59,701 nucleotides of DNA from a virus (Duplodnaviria; Caudoviricetes): IMG/VR virus record IMGVR_UViG_3300032218_001256, positions 1 to 59,701 of that record; one strand, written 5' to 3'. Position 1 is the stretch's first letter. Each line of letters starts with the position of its first letter. The translations under genes were made by a program, and so were the position numbers. Shown here one piece after another: positions 19,629 through 27,300 of this stretch. The notes under the pieces are model-generated. The model worked only from the letters and a program-made list of their open reading frames with translations. It was not told where the DNA came from and searched no databases.

Positions 19629-20201
19629 TCATAGTTGATCAATTAAAGATATCCATCCTGTTAGAATGTATTTAGTTTTAGTGTGACTAACTTGTCCACG
19701 ATGTGTATGAGTCCAATCAGCAGGAAAGAATAATAACTTACCTTGCTCTGCTGGTTCTATATGTTCTTGAAACATAAACTCTGTACCACCATCTTCAACA
19801 TCATTAAGATATATCATCCAAACAAATAGCCTAACTGTTTCTTCTGTTGATTCATAATGCCAAGCCTTAAAACCTTGTTCTGGTAAATATCTTTGGATGT
19901 TATATCCATCAACTTGTACTTTAGTATTTAAGAATATAGGAAACTTATCCATATATCTATACATCTCAATAACCATCTTATCAACAACATCAGTGAGCCT
20001 ATCACCATACAATCTATCAACTATATTCTTAGTGTCTTGATATACATAAAAGTCTGATGAGTGTTTAACATTATGGTCTATTCCTCCACCAATGTATCCA
20101 TCAAGCATGTATTTATCATTAGCCTCAAATATATTAATAATCTCCTCACATTCTTGTTTTGTGAGGAGATCTTTTCTATGTATGAAATCCACTAATTTCA
20201 T
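19629..20201 (-). CDS. 2OG-Fe(II) oxygenase (prolyl-4-hydroxylase-like)
   Basis: 'WHYE' HxE, 'IYLNDVEDGGTEF', 'FFPA..TH.HRG', 'KYILTGW'. Confidence 0.9.
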   Translation of the reverse strand: MKLVDFIHRKDLLTKQECEEIINIFEANDKYMLDGYIGGGIDHNVKHSSDFYVYQDTKNIVDRLYGDRLTDVVDKMVIEMYRYMDKFPIFLNTKVQVDGYNIQRYLPEQGFKAWHYESTEETVRLFVWMIYLNDVEDGGTEFMFQEHIEPAEQGKLLFFPADWTHTHRGQVSHTKTKYILTGWISLIDQL

Positions 20202-20446
20202 TGTTCTAGAGCTGTTCTAGTTCTATTAGTCTTGATTTCTTTAATATTATATTTACGCAAGTATTCTTGTTTCTTACGTGTATATTCTTCAGACAAATGT
20301 CTGTCAATAGTAACGCTCCATTGATTAATTGTGATATTTAATTCGTTTTTCATTACAGTCTTATTTAATATTGCTGCACTCATTACAAATGTAGCAAAAG
20401 TTAAAACATAAAAAATTGGATGTAGCTTAGTCATCATAGCCATCAT
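20198..20446 (-). CDS. Hypothetical protein with an N-terminal hydrophobic segment
   Basis: 82-aa ORF. Confidence 0.6.
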   Translation of the reverse strand: MMAMMTKLHPIFYVLTFATFVMSAAILNKTVMKNELNITINQWSVTIDRHLSEEYTRKKQEYLRKYNIKEIKTNRTRTALEQ

Positions 20447-20696
20447 AATAATCCATTGGATCTATTGCTTCATACATATCATTATATGTTACCCAATCAG
20501 GCACCTCCATATTATTAATGTATTCACCACAATATGTAATTAGTTTAGCATCCTCAATAACTATATCATCATCACCTGGTTCTTCTAACGTAGCTGGTGA
20601 TGTATGATGAGCCCATTTGATTTCTACACTACAATATACATCATCTTGTGTTGGATGATAGAAGTCTGAAAGCGTTCTTCCTCTTGTTGTGCTCAT
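20427..20696 (-). CDS. Acidic hypothetical protein
   Basis: 89-aa ORF, Asp/Glu-rich. Confidence 0.7.
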   Translation of the reverse strand: MSTTRGRTLSDFYHPTQDDVYCSVEIKWAHHTSPATLEEPGDDDIVIEDAKLITYCGEYINNMEVPDWVTYNDMYEAIDPMDYYDGYDD

Positions 20697-20932
20697 AGAA
20701 TTATAATTGCTTTATCATTTAACATTACAGGCTTGCCTGAAGCATCTGCTTGAACATTAACTATTTCTCCCATATGTTCTGCAATAAGAGCAGGAGGTGC
20801 ATTAACTATGCTACCTGCTTTACTAACAACCCACACCATACGACTAGATGCTACAACAACATTATTTGCATCATCTACTAACACTGGGTTTTTGTCATCT
20901 AAGACTGTCAACTTTAATTTGATTGTTTTCAT
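20693..20932 (-). CDS. Hypothetical protein
   Basis: 79-aa ORF. Confidence 0.7.
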   Translation of the reverse strand: MKTIKLKLTVLDDKNPVLVDDANNVVVASSRMVWVVSKAGSIVNAPPALIAEHMGEIVNVQADASGKPVMLNDKAIIIL

Positions 20933-21113
20933 AATTTTTAAATCTAATGTGAGTTCTATCTAATTCTGGATAATTATGATAAGTGGTATCAGTAGGAATA
21001 AATTCAGACGTATTGAGTAGTTTAACTACGCCATATATCAATGCAAATGTTCTTATAGCAAAATACACTATTATAACTGTAAGTAATCCTGCTGCTACCT
21101 TATCCTTTATCAT
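20895..21113 (-). CDS. Small membrane protein
   Basis: N-terminal hydrophobic helix. Confidence 0.6.
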   Translation of the reverse strand: MIKDKVAAGLLTVIIVYFAIRTFALIYGVVKLLNTSEFIPTDTTYHNYPELDRTHIRFKNYENNQIKVDSLR

Positions 21114-21114
21114 A

Positions 21115-21378
21115 TTATTCAGACTTTGTTATTAACCTACCATGTGATGTATATCTATTACCTGGATCTATATTATCTATGTAGATGTCTTCTTGTGTGA
21201 TTATTCCAAATCTTTGTTCTTTATTTTGAATAAATCTACTTTGATTTGGCACACCTTCATCATGTGAGTTATAGCTAACAAAAATCATCCATATAAATAT
21301 AAATAATGACGCTAATATAATAAGAAATGTTAACAAAAACGATAACAATTTTATTTCTGCTCTATCTTCTGCTTTCAT
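21115..21378 (-). CDS. Small membrane protein
   Basis: LLSFLLTFLIILASLFIFIWMIFV segment. Confidence 0.65.
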   Translation of the reverse strand: MKAEDRAEIKLLSFLLTFLIILASLFIFIWMIFVSYNSHDEGVPNQSRFIQNKEQRFGIITQEDIYIDNIDPGNRYTSHGRLITKSE

Positions 21379-22025
21379 GATACAATTAGTTCAGTTAATG
21401 TATTTCTTGATCCTAATACAGTTGGAACAGTATTGAATGCTAAACACCATCTATCTTTATCTGTAGACATATCTGGTACAGAGTGTGGTAGATAGCTAGG
21501 AAATAACAATATCTCATGATTAGCAACAGGTATAGTGGCAACAGTTTGAGCATATGGATTACCTGCTAATAAATTATTATTTACTTCAGGTTCTAATCTA
21601 TACACTGTTGACCTATCTACATTAGGTTTATAAAACTTTATCAACGTACTGTTGTCTGGTACATCCATATAATAAACACCTGAGATAACAGAATTGTGAT
21701 GATAGTGCGCATGTGTGCCACCACCATTTACATTCTTATTAACCCAACTCTGTGTTATCTTGATGTCACCATCAATAGCTAGCCCATGTACATAAAAATC
21801 TTTAACCTCTTTCTCAATATAAGCCTTTAGTTTCTCCATACCTGGTAAGTCTAAACAATATGACTCTATTGATTTAAAATGATTAAGATCTTTGGTAATA
21901 TCATTACTATATACATGCTCAAGCTCAAGCTGCTTTAATTTCCATATCTCATCTTGAAAATACTCCTGCACTCTAACTCTGAGTAAAGGAGTGGGAAATA
22001 AACTTATGATTTCTAGATTATCCAT
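21375..22025 (-). CDS. Putative 2OG-Fe(II) oxygenase (TIGR02466-like)
   Basis: 'LFPTP', 'SWVN', 'HYHHNSVISGVYY', 'FPSYLPHSV', 'R..LAFN'. Confidence 0.88.
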   Translation of the reverse strand: MDNLEIISLFPTPLLRVRVQEYFQDEIWKLKQLELEHVYSNDITKDLNHFKSIESYCLDLPGMEKLKAYIEKEVKDFYVHGLAIDGDIKITQSWVNKNVNGGGTHAHYHHNSVISGVYYMDVPDNSTLIKFYKPNVDRSTVYRLEPEVNNNLLAGNPYAQTVATIPVANHEILLFPSYLPHSVPDMSTDKDRWCLAFNTVPTVLGSRNTLTELIVS

Positions 22026-22026
22026 A

Positions 22027-22458
22027 TTAAATCATTTCTTCATTATTGAACTTATTTACTTCGTCTTCATATTCATCATATTCTTCATCAATATAAAAGA
22101 CTATATCACCATTCTTTTCAAGCACTGGTTCTCCATCATCATAGGTAAGTATTTCAACATAACCTCTAGCAGAACAGAAATTCATCTCTTCTACAGTTAG
22201 TTTTATTTGATCTGGACGTGCTACAACTTTTGGTGGTACATCAGGATTGCTACTTACACTCATCATTAGATAAGGCTCAACAGGAGGACGATTCGTTGCA
22301 ATATATTCATCTTGATTTCTTGGTATTTTATCAAGCTCATATATATGTACATATGGATTGTCTTGAACAAGTCCATGCATTGTTACAAAATACATACCCT
22401 TCTTTAATTGTTCAGGATAGTATTCAGAAAATATTAGTTGTACTCTTGTATATTTCAT
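22027..22458 (-). CDS. Hypothetical protein
   Basis: 143-aa ORF. Confidence 0.75.
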   Translation of the reverse strand: MKYTRVQLIFSEYYPEQLKKGMYFVTMHGLVQDNPYVHIYELDKIPRNQDEYIATNRPPVEPYLMMSVSSNPDVPPKVVARPDQIKLTVEEMNFCSARGYVEILTYDDGEPVLEKNGDIVFYIDEEYDEYEDEVNKFNNEEMI

Positions 22459-22488
22459 AGCTTCAAATTTAAATAAATAATTACAAAT

Positions 22489-22527
22489 AAAAAATAAAAG
22501 AGCTCAAGGACAATGTCCAAGAGCTCT
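22489..22527 (-). terminator. Intrinsic terminator
   Basis: AGAGCTC..GGACA/TGTCC..GAGCTCT hairpin followed by TTTATTTTTT. Confidence 0.7.
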
Positions 22528-22548
22528 ATGCAATCTAACCTTTTAACC

Positions 22549-22710
22549 CTAATTCATAACTTTGCAGCCTTTTGTCAATAGTTGTTTTAATAGGCTAATT
22601 TTAATCTTTACTACCACATAGTTATTAGCATAAGTATAATCATGCATAACTTGTGGATAATTTTTACACCAATGATAATATTGAGGTAAATTAAAATTTA
22701 ATGTTGCCAT
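22549..22710 (-). CDS. Small hypothetical protein (53 aa, not in the ORF track)
   Basis: Hand translation MATLNFNLPQYYHWCKNYP... Confidence 0.45.
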   Translation of the reverse strand: MATLNFNLPQYYHWCKNYPQVMHDYTYANNYVVVKIKISLLKQLLTKGCKVMN

Positions 22711-22745
22711 CTTATTGATGATTTAGAATGTGAATAATATATAAC

Positions 22746-22916
22746 TTACTTAGGCAAATTCTTATTTCTTTCAATCAACGCTATTGCAATAGATATTGCA
22801 GATATACATAATGATGCAAATCCAAGATCATACTTTGGAAAGCTCATCATCCATATAAAATTAACAAATGCTAGCACTCCCACTAGCATTGGAAATATAT
22901 AATTTAGCTTATTCAT
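22746..22916 (-). CDS. Small two-TM membrane peptide (56 aa, not in the ORF track)
   Basis: MNKLNYIFPMLVGVLAFVNFIWMM...; ATGA overlap with the upstream gene. Confidence 0.55.
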   Translation of the reverse strand: MNKLNYIFPMLVGVLAFVNFIWMMSFPKYDLGFASLCISAISIAIALIERNKNLPK

Positions 22917-23191
22917 TTAAATAATGAGTTAATTTCCCTTTGTTCATCAAGATATGTTCTAATTGCTTTATTAACTAATGATTCAATATCATCTCTTACT
23001 ATTATATCTTTTGATATACTTTGTCCAATAGCTTCAACAATAACATTCTTAAGAAGAATAGACTCATCATCAACTAAGCTTGATTTCATTAAATGAGTAA
23101 TACAAGCAGCATAAACAGCTCTCTGTTCAGCCATAAGAACCAAGTCATCTAATATGGCTTGGTTCACGTCTTTTAATAATAACTTTCTCAT
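22913..23191 (-). CDS. Hypothetical protein
   Basis: 92-aa ORF. Confidence 0.7.
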   Translation of the reverse strand: MRKLLLKDVNQAILDDLVLMAEQRAVYAACITHLMKSSLVDDESILLKNVIVEAIGQSISKDIIVRDDIESLVNKAIRTYLDEQREINSLFK

Positions 23192-23202
23192 AATGCTATA
23201 TA

Positions 23203-23469
23203 TTATCTGTAAGTAGTTTCAATCCTACCAATTCTATGTGTGATGTTTCCTGATAATGTAACAATAGTTGTGTCACGTATCTCTCCATCATTACATATAT
23301 ACCATCCTCCTTTGTTATGTTGTACACATACAACATTAAAGTCTGAATAGTTTACATCAGTGTTATTCTCAGCAACGATGTAAGCACCATTAGACAATTT
23401 GACTTTCTCATGAGAGTCACAACTCATTAATGTAGTGACAATAGCCACTAGTAATACTAATCTTTTCAT
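23203..23469 (-). CDS. Putative lipoprotein
   Basis: MKR + hydrophobic stretch + 'LMSC' lipobox. Confidence 0.75.
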   Translation of the reverse strand: MKRLVLLVAIVTTLMSCDSHEKVKLSNGAYIVAENNTDVNYSDFNVVCVQHNKGGWYICNDGEIRDTTIVTLSGNITHRIGRIETTYR

Positions 23470-23640
23470 TTGAATGAATGTTTAAAGTGTTGAAACAATA
23501 AGAACAGTGAATAATATTACAATTACTATGAGTATAGCAACTTTTAATATGTAAATAATATTCTTCATTTGATTTATTTAAAAGGTTAAAAAATAGATAG
23601 TTTTAATAAGCCAGGTCTATCAACTGAGCACAATGTTATT

Positions 23641-23806
23641 CCCTCTGCATTCAATTGTAATATATATTCAGGTGTGATTTATTCCTTGAATACAACTAGT
23701 GACCAACCAGGAACAGAAATGGTCCATAAATACTATTGCGCAATAGTAGCTACTGGATTCTATATATTACAATTGCTATCCCTTGGGAAGATAGAATGAT
23801 GCATTA
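23641..23806 (-). ncRNA. Twister ribozyme-like RNA, unit B, with a long P5 insert
   Basis: UAA-UGCA-UC..CUAUC-UUCCCAAGG-GAUAG-[15-bp P5 stem + insert]-AA-UGCA-GAGGG. Confidence 0.75.
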
Positions 23807-23807
23807 C

Positions 23808-23957
23808 CCCTCTGCATTCAGTTGTAGCCCCACACCATTCTCCAGTGTTCTTCAAGTTGTCATCTATGTGACAATAGGTCTACAGGTTATATACTATCTA
23901 GCATCGATATAACCAACTACAACTGCCTGTCCTTGGGAAACAGGTTATGATGCATTA
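23808..23957 (-). ncRNA. Twister ribozyme-like RNA, unit A, with a long P5 insert
   Basis: UAA-UGCA-UC..CCUGU-UUCCCAAGG-ACAGG-[9-bp P5 stem + insert]-AA-UGCA-GAGGG. Confidence 0.75.
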
Positions 23958-24091
23958 AAGTCCTTAAGGCATATGGACAAAAGCCTACTCATTATGTACT
24001 GTGTTGAGTTCACGCCAGTAGCTCACTGGATAGTATCACATCTACAATGACTAATATATCTATTAATCCTTCTGTAATACGAGAAGTAATT

Positions 24092-24177
24092 TATTTATCT
24101 CACATATGTATAATATAACCCAAACGTGCATTGTGATTCATACAGTTGACGATTATATATATTCTGTGAGATAAATA
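24092..24177. repeat. Long inverted repeat / stem-loop
   Basis: TATTTATCTCACA (24092-24104) pairs with TGTGAGATAAATA (24165-24177); further inner pairing. Confidence 0.8.
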
Positions 24178-24179
24178 CC

Positions 24180-24308
24180 TTAAAATACCATATAGTATCT
24201 TTCATGCTCTACACATACTCTACATCCCTCAGGACAATTAAGTTGTGCATCTTCTAATGATATTGCTTCATAGAATACATTATCATTCTTATCAATTACT
24301 AAATACAT
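24180..24308 (-). CDS. Small hypothetical peptide (42 aa, not in the ORF track)
   Basis: MYLVIDKNDNVFYEAISLEDAQLNCPEGCRVCVEHERYYMVF, preceded by an A-rich leader containing AACCTTTTAAATAA. Confidence 0.45.
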   Translation of the reverse strand: MYLVIDKNDNVFYEAISLEDAQLNCPEGCRVCVEHERYYMVF

Positions 24309-24555
24309 TTCTTTATTATTTAAAAGGTTTAATGCTATATATTTTCAGTGTTCACCACAATTATAGCTCTTGTGAGAACGATATTATATACTATGATGGT
24401 CTACACTGCACCATATTTACACACAGATGTATATAATTCTGATGCTATTTTACCATAAAAGTTTATTTCTCTCTAATGGACAATGTTAAAATAACATTAG
24501 TTTATATATAAAGGTGGAATGCATTATGGATGCCCACCAACCCACCCTTATATAT

Positions 24556-24585
24556 AAAAGAAAAAAGGGGACGAAGTCCCCCTTT
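24556..24585 (-). terminator. Strong intrinsic terminator
   Basis: GGGGAC-TTCG-TCCCC hairpin followed by TTTTTTCTTTT, directly after the 24589 stop. Confidence 0.9.
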
Positions 24586-24588
24586 AAA

Positions 24589-24987
24589 CTATCCTAATTG
24601 GATAGTGCCTTCTAGCGAGAAGGACGCAGGCGTGTACTGCTTAATGATGGCCTCTTTAACCATCACGCCACCAAGGGAAGCAGTAGGAAGATTGATGAAG
24701 GTTCTAATCTCACCATCTTCATTAGGGCCTTGAGCTATCTTGAAGCCCAAGATGTGTTCAATGCCAACCTTTCCAGCACGAACCTCATCACTCAATGGGC
24801 CTGAACAACTAACAAAGAAATTATCATTGCCCTTTTGAATGCGTATTGAGACCTTCTTGTCAAGATCCTTTAAATTACGCATTGAGGCAAATCCAACAAT
24901 TGCATCAGGGCCTGACCATTCAGCAACAGTTTGGTGCTCTGTAAATTGAGCAACAGAGGTAGACGTGTAAGCTTGTAATTCTAACAT
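24589..24987 (-). CDS. First gene of the leftward arm, hypothetical (likely start MLELQ at 24987)
   Basis: ORF-track N-terminus upstream of 24987 lies in GC-rich, non-coding-looking DNA; AT-rich leader before ATG 24987; own terminator. Confidence 0.7.
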   Translation of the reverse strand: MLELQAYTSTSVAQFTEHQTVAEWSGPDAIVGFASMRNLKDLDKKVSIRIQKGNDNFFVSCSGPLSDEVRAGKVGIEHILGFKIAQGPNEDGEIRTFINLPTASLGGVMVKEAIIKQYTPASFSLEGTIQLG

Positions 24988-25381
24988 GGCATTTAAATTT
25001 AGATTGTTATGGCTACGAGCATGGGGGACAGCCCCAACCCAGCCAAGCACAGGAGGGGTCACAATTGGAAGTACCCAAGCCTCTCATAAACACGAGGGGG
25101 GTGGGGGCTATAAAAAATTTTATAAAATTTTGTAATGTAAAAAACATTGTTCATCTTTGGGGGGGAAAAGGGGGGGCCTTCCTTTTACGTAACCTGAATA
25201 CATCATGATAGATATTCGTTTTAATAGTATTTCTAAGTTTGGAATAGGTTTTGAGTTTAGAGCTAAAGAGTTACATTATTATTCTATGAAGAGATTAGAT
25301 ATTCATCTCTTAATAATTACAATTTCATTTGTAATTACAAAATTTAATATATAATATAGCAATGGAGATTATTCTGAGTCA

Positions 25382-25411
25382 TTGAGATTTGAAGAATAAT
25401 ACATATATTTG
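25382..25411 (+). promoter_or_regulatory. Bacteroidota-type promoter for the rightward arm
   Basis: TTG (25382-25384), 19 nt spacer, TATATTTG (25404-25411), 14 nt before ATG 25426. Confidence 0.75.
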
Positions 25412-25425
25412 CCATCAAACTAAAT

Positions 25426-25788
25426 ATGGAAAACAGTAGCAAGAAGATTATTGTCCAGAAGTTTCTAAGGAAGATAGAGGATAATTATGCTATGGCTGAA
25501 AAGTATTATAGTGTATTGTCTACGATTAATAATTTGAAGCTTACACAGAGAGAGGTGCAGCTTGTAGCATTTACAGCTATACGAGGGAACATTTCTTATT
25601 CTTCTATAAGGGAAGATTTCTGTAAGAAATACAATAGTACAAGTCCTACAATTAACAACATTATATCAAAGCTGAAGAGGATAGGGGTGTTTGTTAAGGA
25701 TGGTTCGAAGATAAAGGTGAACCCTGTGATTATTCTTAATTTCTCTAATGATATAACGTTAGAGGTAAAGATGGAGCATAATGAATAA
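25426..25788 (+). CDS. Winged-HTH DNA-binding protein
   Basis: 'LTQREVQL', 'TSPTINNIISKLKRIG', wing 'KIKVNP'. Confidence 0.7.
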   Translation: MENSSKKIIVQKFLRKIEDNYAMAEKYYSVLSTINNLKLTQREVQLVAFTAIRGNISYSSIREDFCKKYNSTSPTINNIISKLKRIGVFVKDGSKIKVNPVIILNFSNDITLEVKMEHNE

Positions 25789-26134
25789 GCCACAGAGCAT
25801 GTCACACAAGGAGTTTCTTATAAGGACATTAGCTGTAAAGCTGTCTGTAAATGAGAAGGTGATAGAGGCTATTGTTAATCATCAATTTCAGAGTGCTAAT
25901 GAGGCTATGGATGTAAACCATTCCATAGAGCTTTCAGGATTTGGTAAGTTCATGCTGAATGTAAAAAAGGCACATAGAAAGATGGCTAAGCTTATAGGTA
26001 AGAGAGACACATTTCAAGCTACAGTGGATGATGAAACAAAGACAGAAGCTGAAAGATTGAAAGCAAGTGTTGTAGTTAGTAAAACAATTGATCAAATAAA
26101 TCTATTAAAACCAACAATAGAAAGCCATGATTAA
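25781..26134 (+). CDS. HU/IHF-like DNA-binding protein
   Basis: 'SIELSGFGKF' HU/IHF signature. Confidence 0.7.
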   Translation: MNKPQSMSHKEFLIRTLAVKLSVNEKVIEAIVNHQFQSANEAMDVNHSIELSGFGKFMLNVKKAHRKMAKLIGKRDTFQATVDDETKTEAERLKASVVVSKTIDQINLLKPTIESHD

Positions 26135-26438
26135 CTTTGATAAAGTAAAACAGTTTAAACAAATCTACGAGGGCTGGAAAAATATGTTAGTTCCCCCTTC
26201 AGAAATGAAAGCAACAATTGAGCAAGTGAGTAAGGACAGATTGGAGATCTGTGAGGCTTGCCCAAAGCATTCTAAAAATCACGATACACCATTACGTCCA
26301 GATGATCATTGCACAGAATGTGGATGTATGCTAAGAGCTAAGGTAGCATGCTTGTCGTGTATGTGTCCATTAAGATATTGGGTTCCTATGGTGAATTCAG
26401 TAGAAGAAGAAGAAAAATTAAAAAAACAAACCATGTAG
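26127..26438 (+). CDS. Cys-rich zinc-binding protein
   Basis: RLEICEACP...CTECGC...K.....CP..YW. Confidence 0.75.
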   Translation: MINFDKVKQFKQIYEGWKNMLVPPSEMKATIEQVSKDRLEICEACPKHSKNHDTPLRPDDHCTECGCMLRAKVACLSCMCPLRYWVPMVNSVEEEEKLKKQTM

Positions 26439-26439
26439 G

Positions 26440-26679
26440 ATGGCTATTATAAAGAAGGTTCCTCTTGATGAAATTATAGATGTCTTTATGGACTTATATA
26501 ATAAGGGTGTAGATTTTATTGATATAATAGCCTCTGAAAAGGATAATAGAATCTCTGTCATATTCACAGAAGAATACATCAATCAAGAAGCTATAGATAA
26601 TTTCGAATTAGATGATGATAACACTAAAATCGATATAAACACTAAGCTGACAGATGAGGATTTTAACCAACTTATATAA
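26440..26679 (+). CDS. Acidic hypothetical protein
   Basis: 79-aa ORF in the operon. Confidence 0.7.
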   Translation: MAIIKKVPLDEIIDVFMDLYNKGVDFIDIIASEKDNRISVIFTEEYINQEAIDNFELDDDNTKIDINTKLTDEDFNQLI

Positions 26680-26957
26680 TGAAACCAAACTACTATGAAA
26701 AAATTCTTGCAGTTCTAATAGAATTAAAAGAAACCTTCCCAACATATAACCTAGGCAGACATATAGAAACAGCTCTAGATGGATATAAAGATGTGTGGGG
26801 AATGACAGACAAAGAGATGCATTGGGCACTCATCAAATACAAGGCACAAATCACAATGGATGTTCCTCATCCAGATGAATCAGAAATAGATAAGATTATA
26901 AAGGATGGAATGCAGTTGCACAACATACTGCATGAAGACGAAGAAGATATAGATTAA
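26679..26957 (+). CDS. Hypothetical protein
   Basis: 92-aa ORF in the operon. Confidence 0.7.
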   Translation: MKPNYYEKILAVLIELKETFPTYNLGRHIETALDGYKDVWGMTDKEMHWALIKYKAQITMDVPHPDESEIDKIIKDGMQLHNILHEDEEDID

Positions 26958-26958
26958 C

Positions 26959-27300
26959 ATGGCAAATCCAAAGAAAACTACATACATCAATACAGAGCTT
27001 GAATGGGCTGAAGAACAATTAGCATCATGGAAGACATACGTTGATAAAAATCCTATGCATGAGTTAAAGGATAGGATTGAGTGGAAACCAACAGCAAAAG
27101 GTGGAGTGATGCCCATGGTGATAGCTTCTATTGAGGCTCAAGGTAAGTTTATACAAGAAACAATGAAGAACTATTTAGCTCTTCTTGAAGTGGTGGATAA
27201 ACTGCGTGAGAAAGAGGAAGCTAAAGTGGAAGTTAGAGGTGGTGCAGGCATGAGCTCTAAGGCTGAGAAATGGTTAAAGCAACGTAATGAAACTACATAA
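26959..27300 (+). CDS. Hypothetical protein, candidate terminase small subunit
   Basis: Helical 113-aa ORF overlapping the terL start; call is by position only. Confidence 0.45.
   Translation: MANPKKTTYINTELEWAEEQLASWKTYVDKNPMHELKDRIEWKPTAKGGVMPMVIASIEAQGKFIQETMKNYLALLEVVDKLREKEEAKVEVRGGAGMSSKAEKWLKQRNETT

Noticed and set aside
23667-23916. tRNA genes within the three-hairpin inserts, or a tRNA-linked theta ribozyme
   Set aside because: No TTC-loop or D-loop consensus and no 7-nt anticodon arm geometry; core motifs match twister rather than HDV-like ribozymes
23641-23957. CRISPR array
   Set aside because: Only two units, the conserved parts are discontinuous and covary as RNA structure, the inserts are ~90 nt and self-structured, and there are no cas genes
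24245-24733. Plus-strand ORFs 24245-24436 and 24530-24733
   Set aside because: Against the transcription direction, cross a minus-strand terminator or gene, and lack protein-like features
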